A stretch of 64,000 nucleotides of DNA from Octopus vulgaris (GCA_951406725.2 OX597837.1:23932001-23996000), one strand, 5' to 3'; shown: positions 24,246 to 37,690, counted from the stretch's first letter. The notes: generated from the letters alone by a model not told the origin. Numbers and translations: made by a program.

Positions 24246-24712
24246 TTTTCTTTATTGCCCACAAAGGGCTAAACATAGGGGGGACAAACAAGGACAGACA
24301 AAGGGGTTAAGTCAATTACATCGACCCCAGTGCATAACTGGTACTTAATTTATCAACCCTGAAATGATGAAAGGCAAAGTCAACCTCGGTGGAATTTGAA
24401 CTCAGAAGGAAATACTGCTAAGGAAAATACTGCTAAGGAAATACTGCTAAGTATTTCGCCTGGCGTGCTAACGTTTCTTATTTCTTTATTGCCCACAAAG
24501 TGCTAAACATAGAGGGGACAAACAAAGACAGACAAAGGGGTTAAGTCAATTACATCTTTCCCAAGGTGTAACTGGTACTTAATTTATCGACCCCAAAAGG
24601 ATGAAAGGCAAAGTCGACCTCGGTGGAATTTGAACTCAGAACGTAACAGCAGACGAAATACTGCTAAGCATTTCACCTGGTGTGCAAACATTTCTGCCAG
24701 CACACCGCCTTG
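24246..24712 (-). mobile_element. SINE B dimer inserted in a family C tail
   Basis: Two B copies; ggaaatactgctaa triplicated at 24408-24451. Confidence 0.8.
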
Positions 24713-25432
24713 GCAGTTTCTGTCAAGCCATCCAACCCATGCCAGCCTGAACAACAAACATTAGATGATGACGACGACAACGACGATAACAATGATGATA
24801 ATGTCATTGTAATGTGCCAAAATGGCTCCTGAAAGTATTGAGCTTGTGTGTCCAATATGACAGTTTACACCTTTCATGTTACCATTCCAGTTAATATATT
24901 ACATTGTCTACCTGAAATACATTGTATTTTGCAGTTTTGTGGTTTCATGTTGATAAGGGTTTTTTTTCTTTAAATCTGGTGGTTTTGTAATAGATTCTAA
25001 GTGTTAGTTTGTGATGAAGTGTAACAAAATTATGTTGTATTTTATAACTGAATTTCTTTAAACCCTGTAATCTCTAACCAAGGAGATATAACTCAATATC
25101 TGGACCAGAGATCTTCAGCCAATACTGCACACTCTACAAGCAGAAAGACATTGTTTATAAAACAACTTGGCACAAACACATAAAAACTGTGGTTCCTAAT
25201 TAAAATTGACAATTCTTCAGTCAAATTCCAGTATTGCACTTTGGTGTGACGCCAATCTTCCTCTTTTTGTGATAAATTATTTTTCACTTTCAGTTTATGA
25301 AATCTGACCATCCCCTCCCATTTTGTCTTCATCTTCAAATTTCCCATATTCATCAACTGATGCTAAATCATCTTCAGGATAAATTTTATCAAATTGCCAT
25401 TGATTGTCATCAGAATATTCTAATTCCTACAG

Positions 25433-25848
25433 TTACTCTTTTACTCTTTTACTTGTTTCAGTCATTTGACTGCGGCCATGCTGGAGCACTGCCTTTAATC
25501 AAGCAACTTGACCCCGGGACTTATTCTTTGTAAGCCCAGTACTTATTCTATCGGTCTCTTTTTGCCGAACCGCTAAGTGACGGGGACATAAACACACAAG
25601 CATCGGTTGTCAAGCAATGCTAGAGGGACAAACACAGACACACAAACATACACACACACATACATATATATATATACATATATCTGACAGGCTTCTTTCA
25701 GTTTCCGTCTACCAAATCCACTCACAACGCATTGGTTGGCCCGAGGCTATAGCAGAAGACACTTGCTCAAGATGCCACGCAGTGGGACTGAACCCGGAAC
25801 CATGTGGTTGGTAAGCAAGCTACTTACCACACAGCCACTCCTGCGCCT
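25433..25848 (-). mobile_element. SINE family A, full length
   Basis: Consensus match. Confidence 0.9.
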
Positions 25849-26197
25849 GTGAACATCCTATGCCATTGTCTTTTCTTTTCCAAACCTGCCCTATTCTGAT
25901 GAGGTTTGATTCATTGTAAAAGTAATCAGAAAATTAATTCTAAAGAACACCCTATCTCCATGCATACATTTGTAAATGAACTGATACTGCTGTGAGGAAT
26001 CTTTATTCTGACTGTCTGATTTGTACTCAGTTAACTCCAGTTTTAATTTAGGGTTTCTCTATTCCTTCTATACCAGTAATTCAGGTGTGTCAAGGTCTGA
26101 AATACCTGTTATACCAGGAATATGCCCTGGCAGGGTTAATGACTCACTCATCCATTCTATCACTGAGATATATTTAGTTCAATCTTGTATGCTATAT

Positions 26198-26235
<38 letters not shown>

Positions 26236-26321
26236 ATTTTAATCCAAACGGGAAACAAAAAAACAACAACAATGGAACAATTACAGTATTATTATTAATA
26301 GGCGCTCAGGAAATGGAAGCA

Positions 26322-26355
<34 letters not shown>

Positions 26356-26632
26356 GTATGTTTCTAGATTTATGGGAAATATTATGTTTTATAAGGAAAG
26401 GAACTTTACGATTCTAATCCAGAAACGTGCATCCATAATTAATCCGAAGACTGTGTGGTTTTGTTGTTTTCCTTCTTCTTTTGCCATATGTGAGTTACAA
26501 ATATTGTTGTCTGTGGAGACTTATTTTTGTAGTAAAAGAAATAGTAATCCTTTGACTGCTATTTCTAATATTTTCGGTATGTGGTTGAAGCAACTTGTTG
26601 CAAAAAACCCTTATTATTATAATTATATATAT

Positions 26633-26940
26633 ATCATCATCATCATCATCATCGTTTAACGTCCGTTCTCCATGCTAGCATGGGTTGGACGGTTCGACCA
26701 GGGATCTGGGAAGCCAGAAGGCTGCACCAGGCTCCAGTCTTATCTGGCAATGTTTCTACAGTTGGATGCCCTTCCTAACGCCAACCACTCCGTGAGTGTA
26801 GTGGGTGCTTTTTACGTGCCAGGCGAGGCTGGCAACGGCCATGGTCGGATTGGTGTATTTTACGTGCCTCCGGCATGGAAGCCAGTCGAGGCGACGCTGG
26901 CATCGGCCACGAGTCGGATAGTGCTTTTTACGTACCACCA
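26633..26940 (-). mobile_element. RTE 3'UTR/tail (family C)
   Basis: (CAT)n tail, ggatgcccttcctaacgcc motif, three tttacgt units. Confidence 0.85.
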
Positions 26941-27424
26941 GACCAGGGATATATATATATATATATGTATAACAAATAAAAGACAGAAGATGGAATATAT
27001 GAGATATATTATTAATCACAACAATTATTTCGACACATCCAGCATCGGCTCCTCTTGTGGGACACACAAAAACTGGTACAGAAGCATCCGGCAGTGCAGA
27101 CGTATCACGTTGGGTGATAAATAAATAAAAAAAATCTCTTCAAAATGACAGTCCCATAATGCAACTCTTCATTTTGCAGAGAGAAAAATAGCGAGACAGA
27201 GGTAAATTCTTCATATATATAGAAGATCCAAAAATAAAATTGCAGAAGAGAAAAAGAGAAACGAACACTTAATCCAGTGAGAAAAGTATTAAAAATAACC
27301 ATTAACCGATATGGATGTATAAACGCCTTCGGGCAAGTAGCATGGCACGAGTACACACGCTCATACAAGCATTAGTAATCAGAAAATTAATTCTGATTAC
27401 TAATATATATATATATATATATAA

Positions 27425-27705
27425 CCGTGACCGACCAGGCCATCGGATGTTGCTACACATCGCTGGTCACAATACGCTTCGCATTGTTTTAGCCTGCAAA
27501 TGATGCCACCCCACTGGCTAAGTGAGCAGGCCAACAGAAGAAAGAGTGAGAGAAAGTTCTGGCGAAAGAGTACATCAGGGATCGCCACCATCCCCTGCCA
27601 GAGCCTCGTGGAGCTTTAGGTGTTTTCGCTCAATTAACACTTATAACGCCCGGTCTAGGTATCAAAACCGCAATCCTACAACTGCGAGTCCGCTGCCCTA
27701 ACCAT
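27425..27705 (-). mobile_element. tRNA-derived SINE related to family E
   Basis: Shares gagcgaaaacacctaaagctccacg with 18595-18903. Confidence 0.65.
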
Positions 27706-27748
27706 ATATTTATATATATGTAGTTTATAATATAATAATATATATATA

Positions 27749-28155
27749 GGCGTAGGAGTGGCTGTGTGGTAAGTAGCTTGCTAACCAACCACATGGTTCC
27801 GGGTTCAGTCCCACTGCGTGGCATCTTGGGCAAGTGTCTTCTACTATAGCCTCGGGCCGACCAATGCCTAGTGAGTGGATTTGGTAGACAGAAACTGAAA
27901 GAAGCCCGTCATAAATATGTATATATATATGTATGTGTGTGTATTTGTGTGTCTGTGTTTGTCCCCCTAGCATTGCTTGACAACCAATGCTGGTGTGTTT
28001 ACGTCCCCGTCACTTAGTGGTTCAGCAAAAGAGACCGATAGAATAAGTACTGGGCTTACAAAGAATAAGTCCCGGGGTCGATTTGCTCGACTAAAAAGTG
28101 GTGCTCCAGCATGGCCACAGTCAAATGACTGAAACAAGTAAAAGAGTAAAAGAGT
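27749..28155 (+). mobile_element. SINE family A, full length
   Basis: Consensus match. Confidence 0.9.
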
Positions 28156-28799
28156 ATATGTAGTTTCCCTGTCTTTACCAGTTATGATATTACTTTCACA
28201 ACAGCTGCACATTCAATCTTCATCATCTCGTCATCATCATTTAATGGTCATTTTCCATGGTGGCATGGGTTGGACAGTTTGACAGGAACTGGTTAACCAG
28301 AGGGCTGCACAGGCTCCAGTCATCTGTTTCTATGGCATAGTCTCTACGGCCGGATGTTCTTCCTGATGCTGACCATTTTACAGGGTGTACTAGGTGTTCT
28401 TAATGTCGCACCAGCACAAGTATTTTTACATGGCACCAGCATGGGTGCCTTTTTGTGGCCAGTTCATAATAATGGTGAAAAGGTGAGGCAACAATACATG
28501 CCCCTGCCAAATCCAGCACCCCCATTGATAGGTTTCGACTTAGGGTGATTTACCCAAACACAAACATCTGGGCATTTGAATAGGGACTTCATGGCATCCC
28601 GAATGGGATTCCTCCAAAGGACCCTAGAGTAACATTACTCAACAAGGTGTATAGCTTGGAGATTGGAGTTTCTCCAGGTCAGCTCTGGTACTGTGGTTAT
28701 GGGATTAGAATGTCACTGGGAAGAATTGGAAGATGGATTCTTCATGCTGAGCCATTCAGCAGAAAATCTTGGGCTAGACTAAGAACAAGATGGTTGAAG

Positions 28800-29028
28800 A
28801 TGGTGAGCTGGCAGAATCGTTAGCATGCCGGGTGAAATGCATAGCCGTATTTCGTCTACCGTTACGTTCTGAGTTCAAATTCCGCCGAGGTCGACATTGC
28901 CTTTCATCCTGTCGGGGTCGATAAATTAAGTACCAGTTACACACTGGGGTCGATATAATTGACTTAATCCGTTTGTCTGTCCTTGTTTGTCCACTCTGTG
29001 TTTAGCCCCTTGTGGCTAGTAAAGAAAT
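28800..29028 (+). mobile_element. SINE family B
   Basis: Consensus match; ggttgaa on both flanks. Confidence 0.85.
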
Positions 29029-29344
29029 CGGTTGAATAATAACCACAGTCTCAGTTGGTCATTCTTGGGAATTCAGCAGGAGAGTATTAAGACAGCGGCT
29101 TCTTATAGGACACTATGGAAGGGATACTTGAGGATCACGACCGACAGGAGACATCGGGGTTGGCCAAGAATGAAAAAGTTGGATAATATCCATAGTTGGT
29201 TACATTTGGGAATCTGCAGGAATGTGTTATGAAGGTTGCTTGTACAGAAATGCTTGTACAGGAATTCTGTGATCTTAGATAAAAAATGAAAATATTTGTA
29301 GTAAAATCTCTTGTGTCATAGAAGACACTTTAAAAACTATGAGA

Positions 29345-30030
29345 GATAATATTTATAATATTTAACCCCACTTCAACATGGATGTTCTGTTAGAACAAGC
29401 TATACTGTTGTAGATACCATGAGAGAAACTCTCATAATGGGTTTTGGTGTAAAATGCACTCTTGTTTATATCACTAGTGGAGAGATAAATCCCTGACAAC
29501 TCCTGTGCTGAGACTACTGGATCATGTGGTTTCAACCTTCCTAGATCTTGTCAATGGTGGACACTCAACTGCTAGATATAGCAGCAATTCATCTCCACAC
29601 CAGCAATATATGGAATAACAGTGCCAGAACAGGTACTGGTGTCACGATTAACCAGTGAGCTAGTCAGAAATATATATATATTAGCAACAGAGGTAGTATT
29701 AATACTGAGAAGTAATATTTATCTCCACTTAGATGTGGATGTTCTGTTAGAACAAACTATACTGCAATATATGCCACGAGAGAAACTTTTACATTGACTT
29801 TTGGTGCAGAATATACTCTTGTGATTTACCTCACTAGCAGCGAGGTAAATCTTGGCCGCCTCCTGTGTTAAGACCACTAGATCAAGTGATTTCGACCTTT
29901 CTTGGTTTGGTCAGTGATGGATGTTCAACTGCTACAACTCATCTCCCCACCAGCAATATATAGAAAAAAGTATCAGAACAGGCAATTAGCCAGTTACCTC
30001 GTTTAAAAAATATATATTAATGACAGAGCC
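29345..30030. repeat. Diverged tandem duplication, period ~360 bp
   Basis: tggatgttctgttagaacaa at ~29379 and ~29736; caccagcaatatat at ~29598 and ~29948. Confidence 0.8.
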
Positions 30031-30630
30031 AGTAATGTTTTGAAAAACAGAAATGGATGTACTGTTGACATTCAACATAACCCTCAACAGTCCTGGGGTC
30101 GATTTGCCCGACTAAAGGCGGTGCTCCAGCATGGCCGCAGTCAAATGACTGAAACAAGTAAAAGTATTAAAGAAATGGTGCAGCAGAAGTAACACCCTTT
30201 TGTATCTGAGTTTTCTAGTTTTTGATTGAGTTTCTTTTTTATATCCTAAAACTTCTTTGATTTTTTAATTACTTTATTATTCATTTCTTTAAGTAACGCA
30301 ATAAATTTGTGTCCAATAAAAAGTTACTTAATAAACATTTATATACTATACAAGTTATTCTTTTCTACTCTAGGCATAAGGCCCGAAACTTTCGGGGAGG
30401 GGGCCAGTCTATTAGATCAACTCCAGTACACAACTGGTACTTAATTCATCTACCCCAAAAGAATGAAAGATAAAGTCGACCTCAGCAGAATTTGAACTCA
30501 CACCATAAATACACACAAAATAGCGCTAAGCATTTCACCTGGGTGCTAACGTTTCTGCCTTATACTATACAAGTTACTAAATGCAAAAAAAAGGTGTTAC
30601 TTCTGCCATACCCTGTATATATACATACAG

Positions 30631-30661
<31 letters not shown>

Positions 30662-30840
30662 CTTGTTAGCCACTACACACATTTTTTTCTCTCCTTGTTT
30701 TTTCTGTGTACCTTTCTGTAGAAGAGCGTAGGCTCGAAATGTAAAAGACTTTTTCTATTCCTGAGCACTATACTGATACATCTGTTTGTTTTGTACACCA
30801 CCCGCCTTCGTCTTTTGTTTTTTTTTGGAAACTTTCCCTA
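30662..30840 (+). mobile_element. Penelope-type pseudo-LTR fragment in a (TA)n tract
   Basis: Reverse-complement copy at 36416-36580; contains a hammerhead-like motif. Confidence 0.6.
30712..30747 (+). ncRNA. Minimal type I hammerhead ribozyme-like motif (variant core)
   Basis: cttt-CTGTAGA-a-gagc(gtag)gctc-GAAA-tgta-aaag. Confidence 0.45.
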
Positions 30841-30902
30841 TATATATATATACACATGCATACATGCACATACATGCACAGATAGATAGATATACCTTTT
30901 GT

Positions 30903-31120
30903 CTTTTACTTGTTTCAGTCATTGGGCTTTGGCCATGCTGGGGCACCACTTTAAAGGGTTTTGTCGAACAAATCAATCTCTGTACTTGTTTTAAAGCTTG
31001 GTACTAATTTCATTGGTCACTTTTGCTGAACTGCTAAGTTCAGGGAACATAAACAGACCAACACCTGTTGTCAAGCTGTGGTGAGGCCCCCCCCCCCCCC
31101 ACACACACACACACTTACAC

Positions 31121-31167
<47 letters not shown>

Positions 31168-31325
31168 ATGTGCTTTTTTAAGTTTCCATCTACCAAATCC
31201 ACTCACAAGGCTTTGATTGAGCCGCCGAGGCTATAGTAGAAGACATTTTCCCAAGGTGCCACGCAGTGGGACTGAACCCAGAACCATGGGGTTGGGAATC
31301 AAACTTCTTACCGCACAGCCACGCT
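30903..31325 (-). mobile_element. SINE family A (older)
   Basis: Both halves recognisable. Confidence 0.75.
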
Positions 31326-31669
31326 GCTCTTATTACTCAACATCACACACACATACAATATAGCCCTATGTTCCCCCAACCACCACCCTTCACCACTACC
31401 ACCATGTTGCCTAATCTTAAACAATCTCCCACCACCACCACCACCACCACCCTGGTGTGAGAAGGAGCTCTGCGGTCTTCCAATTGCTCTCTCTCTCTCT
31501 CTCTACTGTCGTTGGAACTGTATGTATGCGCGGCCTCAATCAATACTGTAATGAAATCTTTAGCAATTGTGCAACAAGTCAAATTGACTGCCTTGTTTCG
31601 GTGTCCAGCCAATCTACAGCTGTTCTGTTGTACTTGCGAGGTGGTGGTGGTGGTGGTGGTGTAGTTGTG

Positions 31670-32073
31670 TTTATCTCTCTCCCCCACTCCCACCCAATCT
31701 CTCTCTCTCTCCCACTTTCTCTGTATTTCTCTCTTCCTCTCCTTCTTTTTCACTCTTCTCTTCCCTCTCCTGTTCCTCTCCTCATCTCCCTTTTTCTCTC
31801 TCTCTCACACACACACATGCACATTCTCAATTATATACTCAAAAAATACATACACACACACACACACACACACCATTCTTCTCTCTCTGTCTCTCTCCCC
31901 TCTGTCTCTCTCCCCTCTCTCTCTCTCTCTCTGATGTCTCTTCTTACCATCTTCGTAAAATCGGTTGATCTCTCTCAGCCTAATTCTCTCTTTCCTATAC
32001 ACGCACACACATACACACACACACTAATAGATATATTGATAGACACACATCTATATATTTATCTCTCTCTCCC

Positions 32074-32123
<50 letters not shown>

Positions 32124-32238
32124 AGGAAAATTTCTCTCTTTCTCTTCCTCTCCTTACATATCTTCTCCTTATTATATAATTCATTATCTCTCACCTATAC
32201 ACACACACACATAAATAGATAGATATATATAGATATTA

Positions 32239-32300
<62 letters not shown>

Positions 32301-32600
32301 CATCCCACCCTTTATCTCTCTTCATTCTGTCCCTTTCTCTTTCCATCTCTCTTTGCTTCACCCCTCTTTATCTCTCATTATTACCTTTACCTGCTCTCTC
32401 TCTCTCTCTATCTCTATCTATCTATCTCCTTTCTTTTTCTCGTTCTCTCCTTCCTCTTCGTACTCACTATCTCACCCTTCTCTCTCTCTCTCTCTACCAA
32501 CTCTTCCTTCACCACCCTCTGCTAACTACCTCCCAGATCTTCCACTTCCCTCCTGTTCTCCCTCCGCCCCCGCCCCCCCCCCCCCCCACGCACACCCACG
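31670..32600. repeat. (CT)n/(CA)n/(TA)n polypyrimidine low-complexity region
   Basis: Directly visible. Confidence 0.9.
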
Positions 32601-32684
32601 CTGATACACACCCACCCACCCTGCACAACACTTATTATTTCATTAAAAGACAATATTCAAATATCTCCGTTTGCCTCACCTTAA

Positions 32685-33495
32685 CATCCACCCCCCCCCA
32701 CTTGACTCTCCGACCCCACCCCAATCCACTGCCAAGGCTACCACCACCACCGCCACCTAACTTCCCCCACCACCAATCTAACCATTACCACAACCTCACC
32801 ACAGCCATCCTAAATCCCCACCCGATCCCACTACTACCCCTGACTTGTCCACCCCCAATCTTCCACTCCAACTCAAGAAAACGATAATAATAAACCCACC
32901 CTAGCACCCACATCCACCACCCCCACTTAACTCTCCCACCCAACCCCAATCCACTGCCATGGCTACCACCACCACCTCCTAACTTCCCCCAATCTAACCA
33001 TCACCACCACCGCCACCGCAGCCATCCTTCATTCCCACCTACCCTCGCACCCACATCCACCACCCCCACTTGACTCTCCCACCCCATTGCAATCCACTGC
33101 CATGGCTACCACCACCACCACCGCCTGACTTCCCCCATCCCCCAATCTAACCATCACCACCACCGCCACCGCAGCCATCCTTCATCCCCACCCACCCTCG
33201 CACCCACATCCACCACCCCCACTTGGCTCTTCCACCCCACCCAATCCACTGCCATACTACCACCACCACCACCGCCTGACTTCCCCCATCCCCCAATCTA
33301 ACCAACACCACCACCGCCACCGCAGCCATCCTTCATCCCCACCCACCCTCGCACCCACATCCAGCACCCCCACCTGGCTCTCCTACCCCACCCCAATCTA
33401 ACCATCACCACCACCGCCACCGCAGCCATCCTTCATCTGCACCCGATCTCACCACCACTACCACCGACTCTTCCACCCCCAATCTCCCACTCCCT
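32685..33495. repeat. C-rich minisatellite, ~145-150-bp unit, about 5 copies
   Basis: gcacccacatcca at ~32904, 33047, 33200 and 33351; ccaatctaacca recurs. Confidence 0.85.
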
Positions 33496-34184
33496 CTTTT
33501 TGTCTTTTGGTTCTTTTCCCCGCACTTGGGTTTTTTTTTTCTTGTTTTGTTATTTTTTCCTGAAACAATTTTTCTGTTTGTTTATGTTGATGTTTATGTT
33601 TACATTGCATTTTATGTTGCTCTTCTATTTTTGTTTATGCCTAATTTACTTGTGTTTCATTTACATTTATAATTAGTTTCAGTCCCTCATTAATATTTGT
33701 TTACATTTTGCCTTAGATTTGTTTGTTTTTTGGGGTTTTTTGCATTGTTTTTCTTTTCTATTTCTACATTTGTAGTTTTATTATTTTAATATTTTTCGCT
33801 TGGTTTTGTAACTTAACTATGAAACATTTACATTTTAATGTATTTTTACTAAATGATGATAATGAAGCAATATTGATCTTGTCGTAGTTGCTGTTGTTGT
33901 TTAGCCACAGGTCAGCCCTGATCTAGCTGACCTATGTTCAAAAGTGTTCCAGCCAGGGCCATTCTGTAGTCTTTTTGGTAATATCTATATATATATATAT
34001 ATTTAGTACAATAAAGGATGTACTCAAAGCAAAGCTGAACAAAACCAGACTCTTCAATAGTACCTTCCTAAATGCTCACTTTTATGCAAGTGAGAGATGG
34101 GCTACTAAGGAAGCAAGAACATCAATTGGCTTTAATGGATAGGGGTCATAGAAAGGTCCATGTTAAAAATATCATTGAGCATAC

Positions 34185-34400
34185 ATTATTTACATTTGAC
34201 GGATATTTGTCCTCATCTTGCTTGTTGTTAACATAATGTTTTGGCATGATATACCCTCCAGCCTTCTTCAGGTGTCTTGGGGAAATTTCGAACCTGGGTT
34301 CTCATTCCTAAGGTATTTTTCAATGTTATTGTTATTATTATTATTCAGGTCACTGCCTGGAATCAAACTCGGAATCTTGGAGTTAAGAGCATGGGCTACT
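34185..34400 (-). mobile_element. Penelope-type fragment (family G) with decayed hammerhead motif
   Basis: Minus-strand gacac-CTGAAGA-aggctg..catgcc-AAAAC-att-atgtt; homologous to 40601-40814. Confidence 0.65.
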
Positions 34401-34409
34401 AACCACAAG

Positions 34410-34616
34410 ACTTTTTTACTTGTTTCAGTCATTTGACTGTGGCCATGGAGGAGTACTGCCTTTAGTCAAGCAAATCAACCCTAGGACTTATTCTTTGTAA
34501 GCCTAGTATTTATTCTATCAGTCTCTTTTGCCGAACCACTAAGTTACGGGGATGTAAACACATCAGCATTGGTTGTCAAGCGATGTTGGGTGGAAAACAC
34601 AGACACACAAACATAT

Positions 34617-34675
<59 letters not shown>

Positions 34676-34842
34676 CATGTATACGATGGGCTTCTTACAG
34701 TTTCCATCTACCAAATCCACTCACAAGGCTTTGGTCGGCCTGAGGCTATAGTAGAAGACACTTGCCCACACGCAGTGGGACTGAACCCGAAAACATGTGG
34801 CTGGTAAGCAAGCTACTTACCACACAGCCACTCCTATGCCTA
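34410..34842 (-). mobile_element. SINE family A
   Basis: Consensus match. Confidence 0.9.
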
Positions 34843-34878
34843 TGTAAAATTTTGTTGCTAAAATTTATGTGCAATAAA

Positions 34879-36024
34879 TCTCTCTATATATAAACGGCAG
34901 TTTGTCTGTCTGTGTGTCTGTCAGGTTGTACCCCCACCCTGACCACGGCTTTCAACCGATTCTGATGAAACTTGACACACACATAGCCCAATGTCATAAT
35001 TCAAAACTAACGCAGCGAAAATTTTGAAAAGTTCCCCCAGTTCTGAAAAGGATCGATAAATTCGATATGGGGTCGAGAATCTAAGCTTTTTATATGCAAC
35101 ACATTTTCTGTTGTAGTTTTCGCAACTTGCAATCGATTTTCGCCAAACTCATGGTGAAGCTTAATGTTACCCTAAGAAATTTAATTCTGACGTTAGTTTT
35201 CCATGCAGTACCTTACCATCAGAAAAAATCGATAAAATCATGCCATTTTGGAAAATCGCGTTCAAATTCAAGATGACATATTTTCGACAATATCTTTCAC
35301 AAATTGGCTGGAATTTTTTTAAAAATTCACTGTGAGCATCATGTCTGCTCCAAGGAGCTATATGGCCCTTTTTATTCCAATAGGATACTTTATTACTGGA
35401 AAAAATCGGTTAATTAAATCATATGTGGCACACATAGCAAACCGATTTGTGTATTAAACACAAACCATAGACTGTCTATGGGGACGCAACTCGACCTTTT
35501 TAACTCTCGGAATACGTGGGGTAAGTATCCCAAAATGTATAAAAATGTACAAAAACGGCAAAAAAGTGGGCAGCAATGTGAGTGACAACAACAAAAAAGT
35601 CAAAAGTGACCAAACTGAACAATCGAATGGAAACGGTTTTTCGGTGCACACGACAAAAGCAGTTTATAATAAACCAAGTGTTTGCAAGTAGCGTCCGAGG
35701 ACCCTTAGGGTACGTCAAAAATTTAAGGTAAAACATTTGGGGTGGTAGTTATAAAGAATGTTTAAACAAAAAAAGTATTCGAATAACTTGCAGCTGCAGC
35801 AGCTATTAGCAGAAGGGGGTAAAGTCTCGAATGTAATTTCTTCCTGGTAGGAATTGGTTGGGTTGAATTATCGATAGCTGTTTGATAGTTATTTGGGAGT
35901 GAAGAGAAGACATTGCAACCTACACATGCGCCTTCGTTCCCTAGAGGGAAAGGACTAAATTGGGATTAGTCGTTGCCTACTAGAGGCTCTTACATACCTG
36001 GGCAACGCCGGGCTATACTGCTAG
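34879..36024 (+). mobile_element. Non-autonomous Helitron (~1.15 kb)
   Basis: A|TCtctctatatataaacggcagtttgtctgtctgtg...cctgggcaacgccgggctatactgCTAG|T. Confidence 0.85.
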
Positions 36025-36252
36025 TTGGTTATATTTCTGCAATATGCAAAATATTTTCACAATTTCTTTAATACATTTCCTGATAATATTTAATTATAAA
36101 TATATAGCAGGATTGTTTAAAAACTCAAATGGCTAAGAGGATCCATCCAAGTAAAATAGGAATCAAAGGGGTCCATAGGTAAAAAAAAATGACTGAGAAG
36201 CACTGATTTAAAACAAACTATACTGGCTCACAAATGGCTTTCTTCACCATGT

Positions 36253-36800
36253 GCATAGGAGTAGCTTACTTACAAACCACATGGTTCCAGGTTCAGTCCC
36301 ACTGCATAGCACCAAGGGCAAGTGTCTTCTACTATAGCCTCGGGCCAACCAAAGCCTTGTGAGTGGATTTGGTAGACGGAAACTGAAAGAAGCCCATATA
36401 TATATATATATATGTAAAGGGAAGGTTTACGAAAACAAACAAAAGACGAAGGCAGGTGGTGTACAACCAAACAGATGTATTAGTATAGCGCTCAGGAATA
36501 GAAGAAGTCTTTTACGTTTCGAGCCTACGCTCTTCGACAGAAAGATACACAGAAAAAAAATGCGTGTAGTAGCTAACGATATATGTATGTGTGTTTGTGT
36601 GTCTGTGTTTGTCCCCCCAACATCGCTTGACAACCAATGCTGGTGTGTTTACGTCCCCGTAAATTAGCAGTTCTGTGAAAGAGACCGATAGAATAAGTAC
36701 TAGGCTTACAAAAGAATAAGTCCTGGGGGTCGATGTGCTCGACTAAAGGCGGTGCTCCAGCATGGCCACAGTCAAATGACTGAAACAAGTAAAAGAGTAA
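36253..36800 (+). mobile_element. SINE family A with a Penelope-type insert (36416-36580) in its TA linker
   Basis: Both SINE halves flank the insert. Confidence 0.85.
36509..36544 (-). ncRNA. Minimal type I hammerhead ribozyme-like motif
   Basis: Minus-strand cttt-CTGTCGA-a-gagc(gtag)gctc-GAAA-CGTA-aaag: stems I and II intact, palindromic ACGT stem III, GUA cleavage triplet, A6>U core change. Confidence 0.55.
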
Positions 36801-37235
36801 CCCAAGTCTATGGCTGAATACACTTGTTCAAGATGCCATGCGGCAGGATTGATCTTGCAACTATTCAGTTGCAAAGCAGATGACTAACCAAGTTTATTCC
36901 ACATCGCTATATTTCATTGTTCTCGTGGCGCATCACAGAACAATACTCTTTTTTTGTTTGTTTTTTTTTGGGGGGGGGGGGGTTGTTTAAACAGCAGACT
37001 GGTAAAGTAAATAATCGCATAGTATCAAGATGATAGTGATTAAATTAACAGATTACTAATCATGTGGTAAAGACGGAGGGGAGGGCGGTTTAATTAACTA
37101 ATTATGTCTCTCGTTTAAAATTTGTCAGAGTATGTGTGTGTGTGTGTGTGTGTGTGCAAATGTAAGGAATCAGTATTTACTCTTCTTGTTTAATTAATTG
37201 TTAGGAAACCAGAAATTAGAGATGAGAAAACTGAG

Positions 37236-37412
37236 GTGTGTGTGTATGTATATATATATATATGTATGTGTGTATGTATATATATGTATGTGTGTATGTA
37301 TATATATGTATGTGTGTATGTATATATGTATGTATGTATGTGTGTATGTATATATGTATGTATGTGTGTATGTATATATGTATGTGTGTATGTATATATG
37401 TATGTATGTGTG

Positions 37413-37453
<41 letters not shown>

Positions 37454-37489
37454 AGGTATGTATATATATATGTATGTATATATGTATGT

Positions 37490-37539
<50 letters not shown>

Positions 37540-37632
37540 GTATATGTATGTATGTATATGTATGTATGTATATATATCTATGTATATGTATGTATGTATT
37601 TGTATGTATATATATGTATATATATATGAATG

Positions 37633-37690
<58 letters not shown>
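37236..37690. repeat. (TATG/TA)n compound microsatellite
   Basis: Directly visible. Confidence 0.95.

Noticed and set aside
34960-34972. CTGATGA-AAC in the Helitron
   Set aside because: No stem II or GAAA arrangement; part of the Helitron 5' body.
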